Virus record (IMG/VR): IMGVR_UViG_3300017754_001331
Location: 1-56,208 of that record
DNA length: 56,208 nucleotides
Strand: one strand, 5' to 3'
From: a virus
Taxonomy: Duplodnaviria; Caudoviricetes
Below are positions 52,180 to 56,208 of this stretch, piece by piece. The first letter of the stretch is position 1; every line of letters starts with the position of its first letter. The notes beneath the pieces are model-generated. The model was not told the origin of the DNA. It worked only from the letters and a program-made list of their open reading frames with translations, and did not search any database. A program made the position numbers and the translations under genes.

Positions 52180-53208
52180 TCAAGCATTGATAACAATACG
52201 ACCTTCCCGCTGCGCGGTAAAGATGTCGCGTTCGATACGGCTCCGCTCCTGTTCTCGACCCTTGTACTTACCAGACCGGACGTCGTCGAAGAACTTCTTG
52301 ATGTCGTCAGGTGAGTAGGTCTTGGGCTGCTTGGCAGAGGATGAACCAGTGCCGCGTGAGCGACCCGGAGCAACCTGCTTTTCAAGCTCGATAGCAGGGT
52401 TAGGAGAGGATTGAGCAACAGGGGCTTGTCCAGTAGACTCAAGCCAAGTCCGGAAAAATGCACTCACCCGATGGGCATCGAGGGAGCGTTGGGCGTCTTC
52501 GAGGTAGGTCTGACGATTTCCACCAGTAAGCGGATCAGTTTCCAGCAACCAAGACTGGAACCCGTCGTCATCGTTAACATCGCGCCAATTGGGTACATAG
52601 TTAGTCAGATCAGACCAGAACTGCTGTTCCGCCGACACCTGCTGACGCTGCGACACCGCTTGAACTTGCGGTACCACGGTTGCCTGCATTTGCTGGAGGA
52701 GACTCTCGATCTGGGCAAGGCGTTGAGCCACGGGGACAAGTTCCTCGCGGCTTACCTTGCGCATCACATCAATCGACTCACCATATTCGCTGGTTTCCTG
52801 TTCGGTGACATAGCGCACAGGCTCTGCCTCCTTCTCAGTCTGCCCCGGCGCAGGTGATTGTGACTGTGAGAGCGTAGCAAGTAACTGCTCCATCTGCTGC
52901 ACTCGCTGCTCAAGTTCACCTTTCTGGCGAACCGTCGCATTGTATGAACCCTGAAGGGAACGCCACCTCTGAGCATAGGTCTCAGAGTTTTCATTTTCCG
53001 TATCTGACGCACCGGAAGTGTGCTCGTCTGCCGGTGCCTGAGCGGCATTGTCATCCACATTCGCGTCAGCCGAGTGGTCCATATCTTCGCCGCCCACGTC
53101 TTCACCCTCGGTCGGATTGGTATCCGCCGGTTCAGGATCGCCATTAAGCTGCTTGTACAGTTCCTGTACGGCTTCGGATTGCTTACGAACTTGCGCTGGA
53201 ATTGCCAT
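52180..53208 (-). CDS. Scaffolding protein
   Basis: Acidic/Gln-rich coiled coil upstream of the MCP; C-terminal AQREGRI. Confidence 0.82.
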   Translation of the reverse strand: MAIPAQVRKQSEAVQELYKQLNGDPEPADTNPTEGEDVGGEDMDHSADANVDDNAAQAPADEHTSGASDTENENSETYAQRWRSLQGSYNATVRQKGELEQRVQQMEQLLATLSQSQSPAPGQTEKEAEPVRYVTEQETSEYGESIDVMRKVSREELVPVAQRLAQIESLLQQMQATVVPQVQAVSQRQQVSAEQQFWSDLTNYVPNWRDVNDDDGFQSWLLETDPLTGGNRQTYLEDAQRSLDAHRVSAFFRTWLESTGQAPVAQSSPNPAIELEKQVAPGRSRGTGSSSAKQPKTYSPDDIKKFFDDVRSGKYKGREQERSRIERDIFTAQREGRIVINA

Positions 53209-53244
53209 GTTAATTGCTCCAATCTGTGAGCTTGATTAGTCGGC

Positions 53245-53460
53245 TCATATATCAGCCGCTAGGTTAGGGGCATCATTGGCGAACTTAGTGAGTTCGCCCA
53301 ACACTTGGCATCTGCCCTGATAAATACCAGTGTTGTCGACCGCGTGCGGTAATCTACGGAGTTCTTGCATCTCCCACTCACGCAGCCAGTCCAGAAGGAC
53401 AGGAAACTGCCTGACAGAAGCGGCAAGCGCCTTGATTACTTGAGGTTCGGGGCGGTTCAT
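53245..53460 (-). CDS. Small conserved protein between portal and scaffold (Bbp19-like)
   Basis: YQGRCQVL motif; ATGA overlap with the portal gene. Confidence 0.7.
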   Translation of the reverse strand: MNRPEPQVIKALAASVRQFPVLLDWLREWEMQELRRLPHAVDNTGIYQGRCQVLGELTKFANDAPNLAADI

Positions 53461-55514
53461 GCTGCCCCACTCACGCGGTTAGTGACCGTGTTTCCTTCCA
53501 TCCCACCTTTGGGAGCGCCGCTTGCATCAGTCGGAGCAGGGAGGGCTTGCTGGGTCTGCTGTGGCATCGCAGCCATGGCAAGCGCCGTCTGTTGCTGATC
53601 ATATACGGACTTCTCCCGAGACGGGACGACGTCATCCACGGACATTTGCAACCCTTTGGCCACTTCGCGAAGGATCGCGGCACGACCGTCCTTACCAATA
53701 ATTTCGATATCGAAGGGATTGGCGGTTGCGTTAAGGAACTCGATGCGGCGCACGTTGACGGTCTCCTTGACCGCGAGGTTGATGGCACCCTTGGCCACTA
53801 CCTCAACGTCGCCCTTAATGGACTCATCCTCGTCATATCGCATATTATACACGAACTGGCGCTGGACGATGGGTTTTACGATGTCGCTGTCAATGTGCAT
53901 GACGACCTGACGTATGCCTTTGCCTGCCGCGCCCATCAGCATCGAGAGACCTGATGAAGTACGCCCTGCCCCCTGCACATTCAGGTCGCCATAGACATAA
54001 GCCGGAATGCCCGAGTGATCATCAGCAAGTCTGGAGAACTTCTCGTAGACTGCCATAAGCTCACTGGCGCGTGAGTCCGGCTGCGTGAAACGGATCGCTG
54101 GCGCGGATGATCCAACGGGATCGTTGACCGTCTGCCAGATTTTCCAAGGTGATAGCTGGGTGATATCTTCGTTGGGTGGAATGCGTTCGAGATTAACCTC
54201 GACCTGCGGCCCTGAAGCAATACCCATATTGTTGACCAGTGCACGAGCAGCTGCGTTGCAGACACCCTGAAGGTCTTCGATGATCTCGGGGATACCCTTA
54301 CCCCAGAAAGCGCCGGGGCACTTGATGAAGCTAGTCTTCGAGTAAGGCTTCTCACCCAGCGGGTCGTAATTCAGAACCGCCTTGATGGCATAGTTACCCA
54401 CGAGCCAGACATTGGCGTCATACTCCCGAGCAGGATCGGGGACCTCGTCCTCGCTCATCCCCCACTCGATAAGCATCTTACCGCTGATCTTACCCCAGAA
54501 CTCCAGTGCATCGAACTCGGTCGTCGGGCGCATATAGCTATAGTATTTGCGCTCTTCCTCGTCCTTCTGGAGTTCCACATCCTCGTTGATCCACGACTGA
54601 CCGTTGCCGATCTCAAGGACTTTGCGGATGGCGTCGTCATCATACCCCGGCACACCGATAAGCTCAGATAACTCTGTGCGCGACAAGCGGTGATGCTCGA
54701 ACAGATACCCCTCGTTGAGGGTGCTGATACCCGGCTCAGGATAGATACGGAACGGATCGACCCGCTCACACTCAGGACCGAGACGCTCGATGGCCTCAAC
54801 CCGTGTGCGACCGCCGGTCGTTTTCCAGCCCAGTGCACGCTGCCTACGGACAACCGGTCCTTTGATGAACGCAGCCGGGAACGTGACAAGATCAGTGATG
54901 AAGTCGTTGAACGCTGTGGCCCAACCGCCTTGGGCGAACTGATCCTCGATCTTCATCTTCATACGGTCAGCCCTGATCTGGGTCTGACGCAGAATTGCAA
55001 AGCGATAGTCCTGACTGACCATCTCGCGCAGTTCCATCATCTGCGCCTTGGTCGGAGCCTGCCCCGAGTTCTGCACGATTTCGAGAACCTTCTCAGCGAA
55101 GGCACTCTGCACTTCGGCAGACTGAGCGGGTGACAGATCAGGAATGGGTGTAGCGTCAAGGTCCCACGGGGGACCGCCACCGGTCTCAAGGAGAATGTCA
55201 CGCAGCCAACTCTCGGCAGCACGGCACTTCACCTCGGTGATCATCATGTAGATTTCGGAACCGCCTTGGCTCCTGATCTGCTGGAGTTTGTCCGCGTCAT
55301 ACTCGCCGTTGCGCTGACGCATGGCCCGGAGCATGATCTGCTCGATGGGACGCTTGGCCATCTCGGCCACATCCCAGCACTGCCGGAGGTACCCTGTCAA
55401 ACCAAGGATGACGGGTTGGTTCTGCCGATCCTGAAGAGCGCGGTCCGCCGCTTCTTGCTCTTGCCGAGCAAGTTCATCGTTGCCGACAACTCTGAGGAAC
55501 GTAAGACCTGCCAT
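53457..55514 (-). CDS. Portal protein
   Basis: 685 aa between TerL and scaffold; FWGKGIPE, RTSSGLSMLM, Gln-rich C-terminus typical of podovirus portals. Confidence 0.9.
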   Translation of the reverse strand: MAGLTFLRVVGNDELARQEQEAADRALQDRQNQPVILGLTGYLRQCWDVAEMAKRPIEQIMLRAMRQRNGEYDADKLQQIRSQGGSEIYMMITEVKCRAAESWLRDILLETGGGPPWDLDATPIPDLSPAQSAEVQSAFAEKVLEIVQNSGQAPTKAQMMELREMVSQDYRFAILRQTQIRADRMKMKIEDQFAQGGWATAFNDFITDLVTFPAAFIKGPVVRRQRALGWKTTGGRTRVEAIERLGPECERVDPFRIYPEPGISTLNEGYLFEHHRLSRTELSELIGVPGYDDDAIRKVLEIGNGQSWINEDVELQKDEEERKYYSYMRPTTEFDALEFWGKISGKMLIEWGMSEDEVPDPAREYDANVWLVGNYAIKAVLNYDPLGEKPYSKTSFIKCPGAFWGKGIPEIIEDLQGVCNAAARALVNNMGIASGPQVEVNLERIPPNEDITQLSPWKIWQTVNDPVGSSAPAIRFTQPDSRASELMAVYEKFSRLADDHSGIPAYVYGDLNVQGAGRTSSGLSMLMGAAGKGIRQVVMHIDSDIVKPIVQRQFVYNMRYDEDESIKGDVEVVAKGAINLAVKETVNVRRIEFLNATANPFDIEIIGKDGRAAILREVAKGLQMSVDDVVPSREKSVYDQQQTALAMAAMPQQTQQALPAPTDASGAPKGGMEGNTVTNRVSGAA

Positions 55515-55517
55515 CTA

Positions 55518-55868
55518 TCAGTAGCCCTTGCCGCCCTTGGACATCTTCTTGATGACCTTGGCCCGTGCTTTGACTTCGTCAACCTTGTCGGGCATCCACA
55601 TACTGTCTCTACTGACGATATCGAACGCATGGTCACACGACATGCCTTGGTTAACATACCCAGCGGCAGCGCGCATATTGGCGCTGGAAGTCAGCGCCTT
55701 GGTCTTACCCATGCCGTACTCGTCGGCCTGTTCCTTGATAGCTTCCATATACAGGTCACCACCAGTCTTAGTTTTGGTGCCGATCTTATTCCCCATATAG
55801 CCGTACACAGGCTGTTCGCCCTTAACGCCAGAGGTATCCATCTTGGGGTTTGTCGAGTAAATCGTCAT
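55518..55868 (-). CDS. Hypothetical protein ending in KMSKGGKGY
   Basis: First gene after the putative late promoter; start at ATG 55868 or GTG 55874. Confidence 0.7.
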   Translation of the reverse strand: MTIYSTNPKMDTSGVKGEQPVYGYMGNKIGTKTKTGGDLYMEAIKEQADEYGMGKTKALTSSANMRAAAGYVNQGMSCDHAFDIVSRDSMWMPDKVDEVKARAKVIKKMSKGGKGY

Positions 55869-55896
55869 ATCCACACCTATCTAAGATATTTGGCTA

Positions 55897-55925
55897 AACT
55901 TAGCATGGTATGTTTGTGCCCGCAA
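55897..55925 (-). promoter_or_regulatory. Putative promoter for the structural operon
   Basis: TTGCGG-N17-TAAGTT with a TGC extension, just downstream of the TerL terminator. Confidence 0.5.
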
Positions 55926-55930
55926 CACAC

Positions 55931-55975
55931 AAAAAACCCCGGAGCAGCACAGTGGAGAGGATGCGCTCAACGGGG
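55931..55975 (-). terminator. Rho-independent terminator after terL with a CU-rich loop
   Basis: CCCCG-TT-GAGC-GCAT-[CCTCTCCACT]-GTGC-T-GCTC-CGGGG-TTTTTT. Confidence 0.65.
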
Positions 55976-56009
55976 GATAAGTTGCGCTCGGTCAAGCAAG
56001 AAATACGTA

Positions 56010-56208
56010 TCAGGTCCAGCCAGCAGACGCAACCCGTTTGATGTCACGCCGCTGCGTAACCATGGCCCCTTCCCCAGCACTGTGTAGATGCAAACACAGA
56101 TACTGCAACGCCTCGGCAATATGGCTGTGTTTGTTCTTGTCGATCATCCCATCGGTCTTGGGTTTGTACCGGTAGCCCCCCATCATGGCAGCCTTGAGCG
56201 CAGTGCAT
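56010..56208 (-). CDS. terL: Terminase large subunit, C-terminal end (joins 1..1313)
   Basis: In-frame continuation ...HSHIAEALQYLCLHLHSAGEGAMVTQRRDIKRVASAGWT, then TGA at 56010-56012. Confidence 0.9.
   Translation of the reverse strand, partial: CTALKAAMMGGYRYKPKTDGMIDKNKHSHIAEALQYLCLHLHSAGEGAMVTQRRDIKRVASAGWT
56086..56208. repeat. 123-bp direct terminal repeat, right copy
   Basis: Identical to 1-123. Confidence 0.97.

Noticed and set aside
21693-56087. Numerous long + strand ORFs across the late arm (e.g. 22841..23617, 51390..52190, 55266..56087)
   Set aside because: They are antisense to well-supported genes in GC3-rich DNA and lack recognisable motifs or RBSs.
1-56208. tRNA genes, integrase/att site, stop-codon reassignment
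   Set aside because: No cloverleaf or integrase motif was found by eye, and long genes are intact under the standard code with TAA, TAG and TGA all used as stops; tRNAscan-SE would be the definitive check for tRNAs.

Overview
The window is an apparently complete dsDNA tailed-phage genome of about 56,085 bp. Bases 1-123 are repeated exactly at 56086-56208, and the large terminase gene reads through that junction. The genome has two arms that diverge from a non-coding control region at about 2.2-4.0 kb. The + arm (2.5-21.6 kb) carries small early genes, a MoxR-like AAA / DUF3150-like / metallopeptidase-vWA / Nmad5-like cluster, and a replication module: family A DNA polymerase, PD-(D/E)XK exonuclease, VRR-NUC, SNF2-type helicase, SSB-like protein, HTH protein and AEP primase-helicase. 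The - arm runs TerS, TerL, portal, scaffold, major capsid protein, decoration proteins, several fibre/spike proteins, a cluster of tiny Lys-rich proteins, adaptor/nozzle, an M15 endolysin-holin-spanin lysis cassette, an HNH endonuclease and ejection proteins, ending in a 2661-aa polyvalent protein. Podovirus morphology and a Gram-negative host (spanins) are inferred. I saw no integrase, tRNA, CRISPR array or reverse transcriptase. The most notable observations are a complete type II hammerhead ribozyme inside the early operon (4555-4616), repeated RNA hairpin/RBS cassettes and a boxA-like site in the early region, an origin-like region with DnaA, IHF and iteron elements, an ART plus zincin module in the giant ejection protein, and a shared [FYM]-x-[KE]-G-G motif across unrelated small late proteins. 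All family assignments come from motif recognition by eye; no database search was run.
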